The notes below the pieces were generated by a model, which saw nothing but the letters and a program-made list of their open reading frames with translations, was not told the origin of the DNA and ran no database searches. From positions 978 to 64,977 of the forward strand of contig NW_021831828.1 in assembly GCF_006345805.1 (NCBI RefSeq): 64,000 nucleotides of DNA. The letters run 5' to 3'. Made by a program: the position numbers and the translations under genes. Shown piece after piece: positions 27,580 through 42,400 of the stretch; position 1 is the first letter of the stretch, and each line of letters begins with the position of its first letter. Source of the DNA: Octopus sinensis. Its lineage: Eukaryota.

Positions 27580-28451
27580 TTATTATTAGAACTTTCACGA
27601 GAGCCATAATGTTTATAACCCCGCATGTGCAGCTGAAGATATTAGAGAACTAATTAGATTGCTCCAAGCTCTCCTGTTCTTAGCTAGGTTCCTCAGAGAG
27701 TCCAGATCTTCACCAGATGCCAATGTTTTTTACGGTTTTCAGATCGTTTTGTAAACAATCAGGAGGCTAGTTCTTGGTTTTCCACGAAAGTGTCCTACAT
27801 TAGAGAGGGGTAGTAATCCTCCAATGCGATGTTCGGGGGGATTTCGGGTCTAACCTCAGGACATGTCCAAAAAGTCTCCAACGAGAGCTAATGATCTCGC
27901 GACTTATTGGCGTACATTCACACTTATTGTACAGTCCGCTTCGCGAGATCCTGGATGGCCAAAACATTCCAGTTATGTTTCTTAGATGATTCCTGTGAAA
28001 CGAGTCGAGCTTCTCCAATTCCTCTTTTGTCGTGTCCCAGGTCCAGAGTTGTATAGAAGAAATGGTTTGATATATGTGTCGTATAGCCCTTGTTTGTGTT
28101 ATTTCCCTTCTGTTTAACCATATGTTTTTTAGCCTGTGTAATGCCGCGTTTGCCAAGGTTTTTCTCCGTATGATATCTTCATTGTCTTCTAAATAGAATC
28201 AAGTTTCTTAGTGTTCCTCCATTTCTCTTTGAGTGGGTTATTTATTCGTCTTATTCTGTCCATTCTATTTTTTTTCCATGCTCACTGTGAGAAACCATTT
28301 CCCAAGTATATCTAGTTTTTTTGTCTTCAGAGATTAGGACGGCATAAATCACTTTTTCTATTTTTCCTTGGTATAATAGCCTCAGTTCCCTCATAGCAGC
28401 CTCCAAGTATATTGTGAATAGTAGCGGAGACAGGGAGTCTCCCTGAGGAGT
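27580..28451 (-). mobile_element. RTE-clade LINE 3' part, cut at its 5' side by the satellite array
   Basis: PQGDSLSPLLFTIYLEAAMREL and KLDSFHRNHLRNI...WRLFGHVLRL; short TAA-repeat tail near 27580. Confidence 0.8.
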
Positions 28452-30513
28452 GAAGGTGCCAGGATGTGATGATTTAGGGGTACTTGACATTATGTAATTA
28501 ATTGCGTAAATATACTACAATTAAGAAAGGTCTCTAGATGTTAATAATGTGTGGTAATTGAAATTATGTAATAAATTGCCTAATATATTACGTAATTTTT
28601 GGTGGTCCCTATATGTAAAGATATATGGGTCTTGAAATTATGGACTAAATTGTGTTATATACTTTCCAATTTGGAGAGGTTTCTAAATTTTAGGATATGG
28701 GGGTAAAGATTGTATCATGAATTAAAAACATTTATATTATGCAATATAAGGAGGTTCCAGGTGGTTCCAGACTATGTAATAATTTGCGTAATAAATTGAT
28801 TAAAATATAAAATTTGGAGAGCTCCCAGGATGTGAGGATATATGGGTTCTTGAGATTATTAAACAATTTCGTTATGTATTTTCATTTGAAGAGATCTCTA
28901 AATGTTTGGATATGGGGATACTTGAGATTTTGAAATAAATTATGTAACATGCAATTTGGGAAGGTCCCAGGATGTGAGGATTTACGGGTTCTTGAGATTA
29001 ATTAATAAATTTCGTTATATATTTTCATTTGGAGATGTCTCTAAATGTTGGGATATGGGGTTACTTGAGATTTTGAAATAAATTATGTAACATATTATGC
29101 AATTTGGGGAGGTGCCAGGATGTGAGGATTTAGGGGTACTTGAGATTATGTAATTAATTGCGTAATATATACTACAATTAAGAGAGGTCTCTAGATGTGT
29201 GAATAAGTGGGTACTTTAGATTATGTAAAAAATTGCCTAATATATACGTAATTTTTGGAGGTCCCTATATGTAAAGATATATGGGTTCTTGAGATTATGT
29301 ACTAAATTGTGTTATATACTTTCCAATTTAGAGAGGTTTCTTAATTTTAGGATATGGGGGTACATGAGATTATATCATAAATTGAGTAACATTTATATTA
29401 TGCAATATGGTGAGGTTGCAGGATGTAAGGATATGGGGGTTCTTGAAATTATGTAATAAATTGTGTAAAATTTGAATTTTGGAGAATTTCCAGGATGTGA
29501 GGATATATTGTTTCTTGAGATTATTTAATAGATTGCGTTATATATTTTCAATTGGAGAGGTCCCTAAATGTTGGGATATGGAGGTACTTGAAATTTTGTA
29601 ATAAATTATGTAACATATTATGCAATTTGGGAGAGGTGTCAGGATGTGAGGATTTAGGGGTACTTGAGATTATGTAATTAATTGCGTAATATCAACTACA
29701 ATTTAAGAGGTCTCTAGATGTGTGAATAAGTGGGTACTTGAGATTATGTACTAAATTGTGTTATATACTTTCCAATTTAGAGAGGTTTCTTAATTTTAGG
29801 ATATGGGGGTACTTGAGATTATATCATAAATTGAGTAACATTTATATTATGCAATATGGTGAGGTTGCAGGATGTAAGGATATGGGGGTTCTTGAAATTA
29901 TGTAATAAATTGCGTAAAATTTGAATTTTGGAGAATTTCCAGGATGTGAGGATATATTGGTTCTTGAGATTATTTAATAGATTGCGTTATATATTTTCAT
30001 TTGGAGATGTCTCTAAATGTTGGGATATGGGGTTACTTGAGATTTTGAAATAAATTATGTAACATATTATGCAATTAGGGGAATGCCAGGATGTGAGGAT
30101 TTAGGGGTACTTGAGATTATGTAATTAATTGCGTAATATATACTACAATTAAGAGAGGTCTTTAGATGTGTGAAAAAGTGCGTAATTGAGATTATGTAAT
30201 AAATTGCCTAATATATTACGTAATTTTTGGAGGTCCCTATATGTAAAGATATATGGGTTCTTGAGATTATGTACTAAATTGCGTTATATACTTTCCAATT
30301 TGGAGATGTTTCTAAATTTTAGGTTATGGGGGTACTTAATATTGTATCATAAATTGAGTAACATTTATATTATCAATTTGGGGAGGTGTCAGGATGTGAG
30401 GATTTAGGGGTACTTGAGATTATGTAATTAATTGCGTAACAAATTGCGTAAAATATGAATTTTGGAGAGTTTCCAAGATGTGAGGATATATTGGTTCTTG
30501 AGATTATTTAATA

Positions 30514-31104
30514 TGTCGCGAGCGCAGCGAGCGACCACTCAATTTCTAGATCCGATCAATCAAAAAATCTATAAATTGACAAATACCCAGGCTTGTATTT
30601 GGGATTAAATATATTCGATAACAAAAATTAAAATCGATGCCAAAGCAGAATGAGCTTTAAAACCGATTTCATAAATAAAAATAATATTTTAAAATTTATA
30701 ATTGATATTTTAGAATAATGAGAAAAAATCTAAATGCTTCATAATTTATAAAAATGTCAAAACAAGAATCTTCTGAAGGAGCAAGCCTGTCTGCACAGTT
30801 CATTTTTGATTAGAAGACCTAATTTTAGAGATTAAAACGAAAATATAGCAATGAGATCTGTCAAATTATTACCCCCCTCACAACCTAAACCAAATTAGCG
30901 TTCAGTATTCATTGATTTTACTTTTTCTATTAAGGTCTACTTATAAATTATTTTATGGGATTCAATGGAAAACTTAAGTTATTTCAATTTTAATTTTAAA
31001 TCATGTTAAAATTTTAAATAATTTAATAAATATATTTGTTGATGATAGGCTTGTTAGGTGTCAAAGTTGCGTCTAGCGCTCGGTCGCGCGCTGCGCTCGC
31101 GACA
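30514..31104. mobile_element. MITE copy 1 within the satellite (Ginger-like termini)
   Basis: 23-bp TIR TGTCGCGAGCGCAGCGAGCGACC (1 mismatch); 5-bp TSD TAATA at 30509-30513 and 31105-31109. The empty site TTATTTAATAGATTGC occurs in other array units. Confidence 0.88.
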
Positions 31105-33580
31105 TAATAGATTGCATTATATATTTTCATTTGGAGATGTCTGTAAATGTTGGGATATGGGGTTACTTGAGATTTTGAAATAAATTATGTAACATATTAT
31201 GCAATTTGGGGAGGTGCCAGGATGTGAGGATTTAGGGGTACTTGAGATTATGTAATTAATTGCGTAATATCAACTACAATTTAAGAGGTCTCTAGATGTG
31301 TGAATAAGTGGGTAGTTGAGATTGTGTAATAAATTGCATAATATATTACGTAATTTTTGGAGGTCCCTATATGTAAAGATATATGGGTTCTTGAGATTAT
31401 GTACTAAATTGTGTTATATACTTTCCAATTTAGAGAGGTTTCTTAATTTTAGGATATGGGGGTACTTGAGATTATATCATAAATTGAGTAACATTTATAT
31501 TATGCAATATGGTGAGTTTGCAGAATGTAAGGATATGGGGGTTCTTAAAATTATGTAATAAATTGCGTAAAATTTGAATTTTGGAGAATTTCCAGGATGT
31601 GAGGATATATTGGTTCTTGAGATTATTTAATAGATTGCGTTATATATTTTCAATTGGAGAGGTCCCTAAATGTTGGGATATGGAGGTACTTGAAATTTTG
31701 TAATAAATTATGTAACATATTATGCAATTTGGGAGAGGTGTCAGGATGTGAGGATTTAGAGGTACTTGAGATTATGTAATTAATTGCGTAATATAAACTA
31801 CAATTTAAGAGGTCTCTAGATGTGTGAATAAGTGGGTACTTGAGATTATGCACTAAATTGTGTTATATACTTTCCAATTTAGAGAGGTTTCTTAATTTTA
31901 GGATATGGGGGTACTTGAGATTATATCATAAATTGAGTAACATTTATATTATGCAATATGGTGAGGTTGCAGGATGTAAGGATATGGGGGTTCTTGAAAT
32001 TATGTAATAAATTGCGTAAAATTTGAATTTTGGAGAATTTCAGGATGTGAGGATATATGGTTCTTGAGATTATTTAATAGATTGCGTTATATATTTTCAT
32101 TTGGGAGATCTCTAAATGTTGGGATATGGGGTTACTTAAGATTTTGTAATAAATTATGTAACATATTATGCAATTAGGGGAATGCCAGGATGTGAGGATT
32201 TAGGGGTACTTGAGATTATGTAATTAATTGCGTAATATATACTACAATTAAGAGAGGTCTCTAGATGTGTGAATAAGTGGGTACTTTAGATTATGTAAAA
32301 AATTGCCTAATATATACGTAATTTTTGGAGGTCCCTATATGTAAAGATATATGGGTTCTTGAGATTATGTACTAAATTGTGTTATATACTTTCCAATTTA
32401 GAGAGGTTTCTTAATTTTAGGATATGGGGGTACATGAGATTATATCATAAATTGAGTAACATTTATATTATGCAATATGGTGAGGTTGCAGGATGTAAGG
32501 ATATGGGGGTTCTTGAAATTATGTAATAAATTGTGTAAAATTTGAATTTTGGAGAATTTCCAGGATGTGAGGATATATTGGTTCTTGAGATTATTTAATA
32601 GATTGCGTTATATATTTTCAATTGGAGAGGTCCCTAAATGTTGGGATATGGAGGTACTTGAAATTTTGTAATAAATTATGTAACATATTATGCAATTTGG
32701 GAGAGGTGTCAGGATGTGAGGATTTAGGGGTACTTGAGATTATGTAATTAATTGCGTAATATCAACTACAATTTAAGAGGTCTCTAGATGTGTGAATAAG
32801 TGGGTACTTGAGATTATGTACTAAATTGTGTTATATACTTTCCAATTTAGAGAGGTTTCTTAATTTTAGGATATGGGGGTACTTGAGATTATATCATAAA
32901 TTGAGTAACATTTATATTATGCAATATGGTGAGGTTGCAGGATGTAAGGATATGGGGGTTCTTGAAATTATGTAATAAATTGCGTAAAATTTGAATTTTG
33001 GAGAATTTCCAGGATGTGAGGATATATTGGTTCTTGAGATTATTTAATAGATTGCGTTATATATTTTCATTTGGAGAGATCTCTAAATGTTGGGATATGG
33101 GGTTACTTGAGATTTTGAAATAAATTATGTAACATATTATGCAATTAGGGGAATGCCAGGATGTGAGGATTTAGGGGTACTTGAGATTATGTAATTAATT
33201 GCGTAATATATACTACAATTAGAGAGGTCTTTAGATGTGTGAAAAAGTGCGTAATTGAGATTATGTAATAAATTGCCTAATATATTACGTAATTTTTGGA
33301 GGTCCCTATATGTAAAGATATATGGGTTCTTGAGATTATGTACTAAATTGCGTTATATACTTTCCATTTGGAGATGTTTCTAAATTTTAGGTTATGGGGG
33401 TACTTAATATTGTATCATAATTGAGTAACATTTATATTATCAATTTGGGGAGGTGTCAGGATGTGAGGATTTAGGGGTACTTGAGATTATGTAATTAATT
33501 GCGTAACAAATTGCGTAAAATATGAATTTTGGAGAGTTTCCAAGATGTGAGGATATATTGGTTCTTGAGATTATTTAATA

Positions 33581-34169
33581 TGTCGCGAGCGCAGCGAGCG
33601 ACCACTCAATTTCTAGATCCGATCAATCAAAAAATCTATAAATTGACAAATACCCAGGCTTGTATTTGGGATTAAATATATTCGATAACAAAAATTAAAA
33701 TCGATGCCAAAGCAGAATGAGCTTTAAAACCGATTTCATAAATAAAAATAATATTTTAAAATTTATAATTGATATTTTAGAATAATGAGAAAAAATCTAA
33801 ATGCTTCATAATTTATAAAAATGTCAAAACAAGAATCTTCTGAAGGAGCAAGCCTGTCTGCACAGTTCATTTTTGATTAGAAGACCTAATTTTAGAGATT
33901 AAAACGAAAATATAGCAATGAGATCTGTCAAATTATTACCCCCCTCACAACCTAAACCAAATTAGCGTTCAGTATTCATTGATTTTACTTTTTCTATTAA
34001 GGTCTACTTATAAATTATTTTATGGGATTCAATGGAAAACTTAAGTTATTTCAATTTTAATTTTAAATCATGTTAAAATTTTAAATAATTTAATAAATAT
34101 ATTTGTTGAATAGGCTTGTTAGGTGTCAAAGTTGCGTCTAGCGCTCGGTCGCGCGCTGCGCTCGCGACA
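33581..34169. mobile_element. MITE copy 2 within the satellite
   Basis: Near-identical to copy 1; same monomer position and same TAATA TSD. Confidence 0.88.
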
Positions 34170-35906
34170 TAATAGATTGCATTATATATTTTCATTTGGA
34201 GATGTCCTCTAAATGTTGGGATATGGGGTTACTTGAGATTTTGAAATAAATTATGTAACATATTATGCAATTTGGGGAGGTGCCAGGATGTGAGGATTTA
34301 GGGGTACTTGAGATTATGTAATTAATTGCGTAATATCAACTACAATTTAAGAGGTCTCTAGATGTGTGAATAAGTGGGTAGTTGAGATTGTGTAATAAAT
34401 TGCATAATATATTACGTAATTTTTGGAGGTCCCTATATGTAAGATATATGGGTTCTTGAGATTATGTACTAAATTGTGTTATATACTTTCCAATTTAGAG
34501 AGGTTTCTTAATTTTAGGATATGGGGGTACTTGAGATTATATCATAAATTAGGTGAGTAACATTTATATTATGCAATTAGGGGAGGTGTCAGGATGTGAG
34601 GATTTAGGTTTTCATTAGCCTGCAAGGATGTGATGATTTAGGGGTACTTGAGATTATGTAATTAATTGCGTAATATATACTACAATTAAGAGAGGTCTTT
34701 AGATGTGTGAATAAGTGGGTAATTGAGATTATGTAATAAATTGCCTAATATATTACGTAATTTTTGGAGGTCCCTATATGTAAAGATATATGGGTTCTTG
34801 AGATTATGTACTAAATTGTGTTATATACTTTCCAATTTGGAGAGGTTTCTAAATTTTAGAATATGGGGGTACTTAAGATTGTATCATGAATTAAATAACA
34901 TTTATATTATGCAATATAAGGAGGTTCCAGGTGGTTCCAGACTATGTAATAATTTGCGTAATAAATTGCTTAAAATATAAAATTTGGAGAGCTCCCAGGA
35001 TGTGAGGATATATGGGTTCTTGAGATTATTTAAACAATTTCGTTATGTATTTTCATTTGGAGAGATCTCTAAATGTTTGGATATGGGGATACTTGAGATT
35101 TTGAAATAAATTATGTAACATGCAATTTGGGAAGGTGCCAGGATGTGATGATTTAGGGGTACTTGACATTATGTAATTAATTGCGTAATATATACTACAA
35201 TTAAGAAAGGTCTCTAGATGTTAAATAAGTGGGTAATTGAAATTATGTAATAAATTGCCTAATATATTACGTAATTTTTGGTGGTCCCTATATGTAAAGA
35301 TATATGGGTTCTTGAGATTATGTACTAAATTGTGTTATATACTTTCCAATTTGGAGAGGTTTCTAAATTTTAGGATATGGAGGTACTTGAGATTATATCA
35401 TAAATTGAGTAACATTTATATTATGCAATTTGGGGAGGTGTCAGGATGTGAGGATTTAGGGGTACTTGAGATTATGTAATTAATTGCGTAATATCAACTA
35501 CAATTTAAGAGGTCTCTAGATGTGTGAATAAGTGGGTACTTTACATTATGTAATAAATTGCCTAATATATTACGTAATTTTTGGAGGTCCATATATGTAA
35601 AGATATATGGGTTCTTGAGATTATGTATTAAATTGTGTTATATACTTTCCAATTTAGAGAGGTTTCTTAATTTTAGGATATGGGGGTACTTGAGATTATA
35701 TCATAAATTAGGTGAGTAACATTTATATTATGCAATTAGGGGAGGTGTCAGGATGTGAGGATTTAGGTTTTCATTAGCCTGCAAGGATGTGATGATTTAG
35801 GGGTACTTGAGATTATGTAATTAATTGCGTAACAAATTGCGTAAAATATGAATTTTGGAGAGTTTCCAAGATGTGAGGATATATTGGTTCTTGAGATTAT
35901 TTAATA

Positions 35907-36495
35907 TGTCGCGAGCGCAGCGAGCGACCACTCAATTTCTAGATCCGATCAATCAAAAAATCTATAAATTGACAAATACCCAGGCTTGTATTTGGGATTA
36001 AATATATTCGATAACAAAAATTAAAATCGATGCCAAAGCAGAATGAGCTTTAAAACCGATTTCATAAATAAAAATAATATTTTAAAATTTATAATTGATA
36101 TTTTAGAATAATGAGAAAAAATCTAAATGCTTCATAATTTATAAAAATGTCAAAACAAGAATCTTCTGAAGGAGCAAGCCTGTCTGCACAGTTCATTTTT
36201 GATTAGAAGACCTAATTTTAGAGATTAAAACGAAAATATAGCAATGAGATCTGTCAAATTATTACCCCCCTCACAACCTAAACCAAATTAGCGTTCAGTA
36301 TTCATTGATTTTACTTTTTCTATTAAGGTCTACTTATAAATATTTTATGGGATTCAATGGAAAACTTAAGTTATTTCAATTTTAATTTTAAATCATGTTA
36401 AAATTTTAAATAATTTAATAAATATATTGTTGATGATAGGCTTGTTAGGTGTCAAAGTTGCGTCTAGCGCTCGGTCGCGCGCTGCGCTCGCGACA
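35907..36495. mobile_element. MITE copy 3 within the satellite
   Basis: Near-identical to copies 1 and 2; same position and TSD. Confidence 0.88.
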
Positions 36496-39400
36496 TAATA
36501 GATTGCATTATATATTTTCATTTGGAGATGTCTCTAAATGTTGGGATATGGGGTTACTTGAGATTTTGAAATAAATTATGTAACATATTATGCAATTTGG
36601 GGAGGTGCCAGGATGTGAGGATTTAGGGGTACTTGAGATTATGTAATTAATTGCGTAATATCAACTACAATTTAAGAGGTCTCTAGATGTGTGAATAAGT
36701 GGGTAGTTGAGATTGTGTAATAAATTGCATAATATATTACGTAATTTTTGGAGGTCCCTATATGTAAAGATATATGGGTTCTTGAGATTATGTACTAAAT
36801 TGTGTTATATACTTTCCAATTTAGAGAGGTTTCTTAATTTTAGGATATGGGGGTACTTGAGATTATATCATAAATTAGGTGAGTAACATTTATATTATGC
36901 AATTAGGGGAGGTGTCAGGATGTGAGGATTTAGGTTTTCATTAGCCTGCAAGGATGTGATGATTTAGGGGTACTTGACATTATGTAATTAATTGCGTAAT
37001 ATATACTACAGTTAAGAAAGGTCTCTAGATGTTAAATAAGTGGGTAATTGAAATTATGTAATAAATTGCCTAATATATTACGTAATTTTTGGTGGTCCCT
37101 ATATGTAAAGATATATGCGTTCTTGAAATTATGTACTAAATTGTGTTATATACTTTCCAATTTGGAGAGGTTTCTAAATTTTAGGATATGGGGTTACTTA
37201 AGATTTTGTAATAAATTATGTAACATATTATGCAATTTGGGGAGGTGCCAGGATGTGAGGACTTGAGATTATGTAATTAATTGCGTAATATCAACTACAA
37301 TTTAAGAGGTCTCTAGATGTGTGAATAAGTGGGTACTTTACATTATGTAATAAATTGCCTAATATATTACGTAATTTTTGGAGGTCCCTATATGTAAGAT
37401 ATGGGTTCTTGAGATTATGTACTAAATTGTGTTATATACTTTCCAATTTAGAGAGGTTTCTTAATTTTAGGATATGGGGGTACTTGAGATTATATCATAA
37501 ATTGAGTAACATTTATATTATGCAATGGGTGAGGTTGCAGGATGTAAGGATATGGGGGTTCTTGAAATTATGTAATAAATTGCGTAAAATTTGAATTTTG
37601 GAGAATTTCCAGGATGTGAGGATATATTGGTTCTTGAAATTATTTAATAGATTGCGTTATATATTTTCATTTGGAGAGGTCCCTAAATGTTGGGATATGG
37701 AGGTACTTGAAATTTTGTAATAAATTATGTAACATATTATGCAATTTGGGAGAGGTGTCAGGATGTGAGGATTTAGGGGTACTTGAGATTATGTAATTAA
37801 TTGCGTAATATCAACTACAATTTAAGAGGTCTCTAGATGTGTGAATAAGTGGGTACTTGAGATTATGCACTAAATTGTGTTATATACTTTCCAATTTAGA
37901 GAGGTTTCTTAATTTTAGGATATGGGGGTACTTGAGATTATATCATAAATTGAGTAACATTATATTATGCAATATGGTGAGGTTGCAGGATGTAAGGATA
38001 TGGGGGTTCTTGAAATTATGTAATAAATTGCGTAAAATTTGAATTTTGGAGAATTTCCAGGATGTGAGGATATATGGTTCTTGAAATTATTTAATAGATT
38101 GCGTTATATATTTTCATTTGGAGAGATCTCTAAATGGGGATATGGGGTTACTTAAGATTTTGTAATAAATTATGTAACATATTATGCAATTTGGGGAGGT
38201 GCCAGGATGTGAGGACTTGAGATTATGTAATTAATTGCGTAATATATACTACAATTAAGAGAGGTCTCTAGATGTGTGAATAAGTGGGTACTTTAGATTA
38301 TGTAATAAATTGCCTAATATATTACGTAATTTTTGGAGGTCCCTATATGTAAAGATATATGGGTTCTTGAGATTATGTACTAAATTGTGTTATATACTTT
38401 CCAATTTAGAGAGGTTTCTTAATTTTAGGATATGGGGGTACTTGAGATTATATCATAATTGAGTAACATTTATATTATGGAATATGGTGAGGTTGCAGGA
38501 TGTAAGGATATGGGGGTTCTTGAAATTATGTAATAAATTGCGTAAAATTTGAATTTTGGAGAATTTCCAGGATGTGAGGATATATTGGTTCTTGGGATTA
38601 TTTAATAGATTGCGTTATATATTTTCAATTGGAGAGGTCCCTAAATGTTGGGATATGGAGGTACTTGAAATTTTGTAATAAATTATGTAACATATTATGC
38701 AATTTGGGAGAAGTGTCAGGATGTGAGGATTTAGGGGTACTTGAGATTATGTAATTAATTGCGTAATATCAACTACAATTTAAGAGGTCTCTAGATGTGT
38801 GAATAAGTGGGTACTTGAGATTGTGTAATAAATTGCCTAATATATTACGTAATTTTTGGAGGTCCCTATATGTAAAGATATAAGGGTTCTTGAGATTATG
38901 TACTAAATTGCGTTATATACTTTCCAATTTGGAGATGTTTCTAAATTTTAGGATATGGGGGTACTTGAAATTATATCATAAATTGAGTGAGTAACATTTA
39001 TATTATGCAATTAGGGGAGGTGTCAGGATGTGAGGATTTAGGTTTTCTTTAGCCTATGTAATAATTTGCGTAATAAATTGCTTAAAATATGAAATTTCCA
39101 GAGGTCCCAGGATGTGAGGATATATGGGTTCTTGAGATTATTTAAACAATTTCGTTATGTATTTTCATTTGGAGAGGTCTCTAAATGTTTGGATATGGGG
39201 GTACTTCTGTAATAAATTGCATAATATATTACGTAATTTTTGGAGGTACCTATATGTAAAGATATATGGGTTCTTGAGATTATGTACTAAATTGTGTTAT
39301 ATACTTTACAATTTAGAGAGGTTTCTTAATTTTAGGATATGGGGGTACTTGAGATTATATCATAAATTGAGTAACATTTATATTATGCAATATGGTGAGG

Positions 39401-42400
39401 TTGCAGGATGTAAGGATATGGGGGTTCTTGAAATATGTAATAAATAGCGCGTAAAATTTGAATTTTGGAGAATTTCCATGTAATCCAACAATTTCGTTAT
39501 GTATTTTCAATTGGAGAGGTCTCTAAATGTTTGGATATGGGGGTACTTGAGATTTTGAAATAAATTATGTAACATATTATGCAATTTGGGAAGATGCAAG
39601 GATGTGATGATTTAGGGTTCTTGAGATTATGTACTAAATTGTGTTATATACTTTACAATTTAGAGAGGTTTCTTAATTTTAGGATATGGGGGTACTTGAG
39701 ATTATATCATAAATTGAGTAACATTTATATTATGCAATATGGGGAATGCCAGGATGTGAGGATTTAGGGGTACTTGAGATTATGTAATTAATTGCGTAAT
39801 ATATACTACAATTAAGAGAGGTCTCTAGATGTGTGAATAAGTGGGTACTTTAGATTATGTAAAAAATTGCCTAATATATACGTAATTTTTGGAGGTCCCT
39901 ATATGAAGATATATGGGTTCTTGAGATTATGTACTAAATTGTGTTATATACTTTCCAATTTAGAGAGGTTTCTTAATTTTAGGATATGGGGGTACTTGAG
40001 ATTATATCATAAATTGAGTAACATTTATATTATGCAATATGGTGAGGTTGCAGGATGTAAGGATATGGGGGTTCTTGAAATTATGTAATAAATTGCGTAA
40101 AATTTGAATTTTGGAGAATTTCCAGGATGTGAGGATATATTGGTTCTTGAGATTATTTAATAGATTGCGTTATATATTTTCAATTGGAGAGGTCCCTAAA
40201 TGTTGGGATATGGAGGTACTTGAAATTTTGTAATAAATTATGTAACATATTATGCAATTTGGGAGAGGTGTCAGGATGTGAGGATTTAGGGGTACTTGAG
40301 ATTATGTAATTAATTGCGTAATATCAACTACAATTTAAGAGGTCTCTAGATGTGTGAATAAGTGGGTACTTGAGATTATGCACTAAATTGTGTTATATAC
40401 TTTCCAATTTAGAGAGGTTCATAATTTTAGGATATGGGGGTACTTGAGATTATATCATAAATTGAGTAACATTTATATTATGCAATATGGTGAGGTTGCA
40501 GGATGTAAGGATATGGGGGTTCTTGAAATTATGTAATAAATTGCGTAAAATTTCAATTTTGGAGAATTTCCAGGATGTGAGGATATATTGGTTCTTGAAA
40601 TTATTTAATAGATTGCGTTATATATTTTCATTTGGAGAGATCTCTAAATGTTGGGATATGGGGTTACTTAAGATTTTGTAATAAATTATGTAACATATTA
40701 TGCAATTTGGGGAGGTGCCAGGATGTGAGGACTTGAGATTATGTAATTAATTGCGTAATATATACTACAATTAAGAGAGGTCTCTAGATGTGTGAATAAG
40801 TGGGTACTTTAGATTATGTAATAAATTGCCTAATATATTACGTAATTTTTGGAGGTCCCTATATGTAAAGATATATGGGTTCTTGAGATTATGTACTAAA
40901 TTGTGTTATATACTTTCCAATTTAGAGAGGTTTCTTAATTTTAGGATATGGGGGTACTTGAGATTATATCATAAATTGAGTAACATTTATATTATGCAAT
41001 ATGGTGAGGTTGCAGGATGTAAGGATATGGGGGTTCTTGAAATTATGTAATAAATTGCGTAAAATTTGAATTTTGGAGAATTTCCAGGATGTGAGGATAT
41101 ATTGGTTCTTGGGATTATTTAATAGATTGCGTTATATTTTTCAATTGGAGAGGTCCCTAAATGTTGGGATATGGAGGTACTTGAAATTTTGTAATAAATT
41201 ATGTAACATATTATGCAATTTGGGAGAGGTGTCAGGATGTGAGGATTTAGGGGTACTTGAGATTATGTAATTAATTGCGTAATATCAACTACAATTTAAG
41301 AGGTCTCTAGATGTGTGAATAAGTGGGTACTTGAGATTGTGTAATAAATTGCATAATATATTACGTAATTTTTGGAGGTCCCTATATGTAAAGATATATG
41401 GGTTCTTGAGATTATGTACTAAATTGCGTTATATACTTTCCAATTGGAGATGTTTCTAAATTTTAGGATATGGGGGTACTTGAAATTATATCATAAATTG
41501 AGTGAGTAACATTATATTATGCAATTAGGGGAGGTGTCAGGATGTGAGGATTTAGGTTTTCTTTAGCCTATGTAATAATTTGCGTAATAAATTGCTTAAA
41601 ATATGAAATTTCCAGAGGTCCCAGGATGTGAGGATATATGGGTTCTTGAGATTATTTAAACAATTTCGTTATGTATTTTCATTTGGAGAGGTCTCTAAAT
41701 GTTTGGATATGGGGGTACTTGTGTAATAAATTGCATAATATATTACGTAATTTTTGGAGGTACCTATATGTAAAGATATATGGGTTCTTGAGATTATGTA
41801 CTAAATTGTGTTATATACTTTACAATTTAGAGAGGTTTCTTAATTTTAGGATATGGGGGTACTTGAGATTATATCATAAATTGAGTAACATTTATATTAT
41901 GCAATATGGTGAGGTTGCAGGATGTAAGGATATGGGGGTTCTTGAAATTATGTAATAAATTGCGTAAAATTTGAATTTTGGAGAATTTCCATGTAATCCA
42001 ACAATTTCGTTATGTATTTTCATTTGGAGAGGTCTCTAAATGTTTGGATATGGAGGTACTTGAGATTTTGAAATAAATTATGTAACATATTATGCAATTT
42101 GGGAAGGTGCAAGGATGTGATGATTTAGGGGTTCTTGAGATTATGTACTAAATTGTGTTATATACTTTACAATTTAGAGAGGTTTCTTAATTTTAGGATA
42201 TGGGGGTACTTGAGATTATATCATAAATTGAGTAACATTTATATTATGCAATATGGGGAGGTTGCAGGATGTGAGGATATGGGGGTTCTTGAAATTATGT
42301 AATAAATTGCGTAATAAATTGCGTAAAATATGAATTTTGGAGACTACAATTTAGAGAGGTCTCTAGATGTGTGAATAAGTGGGTACTTTAGATTATGTAA

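Noticed and set aside
30514-30540. Resemblance of the MITE TIR to parvoviral Rep-binding GAGC repeats
   Set aside because: Only a short low-complexity similarity; the TIR plus 5-bp TSD fit a cut-and-paste element.
30186-41955. Recurring ORFs such as MRLCNKLPNILRNFWRSLYVKIYGFL
   Set aside because: Chance open frames in the satellite, mostly with non-ATG starts and broken by indels in other units.
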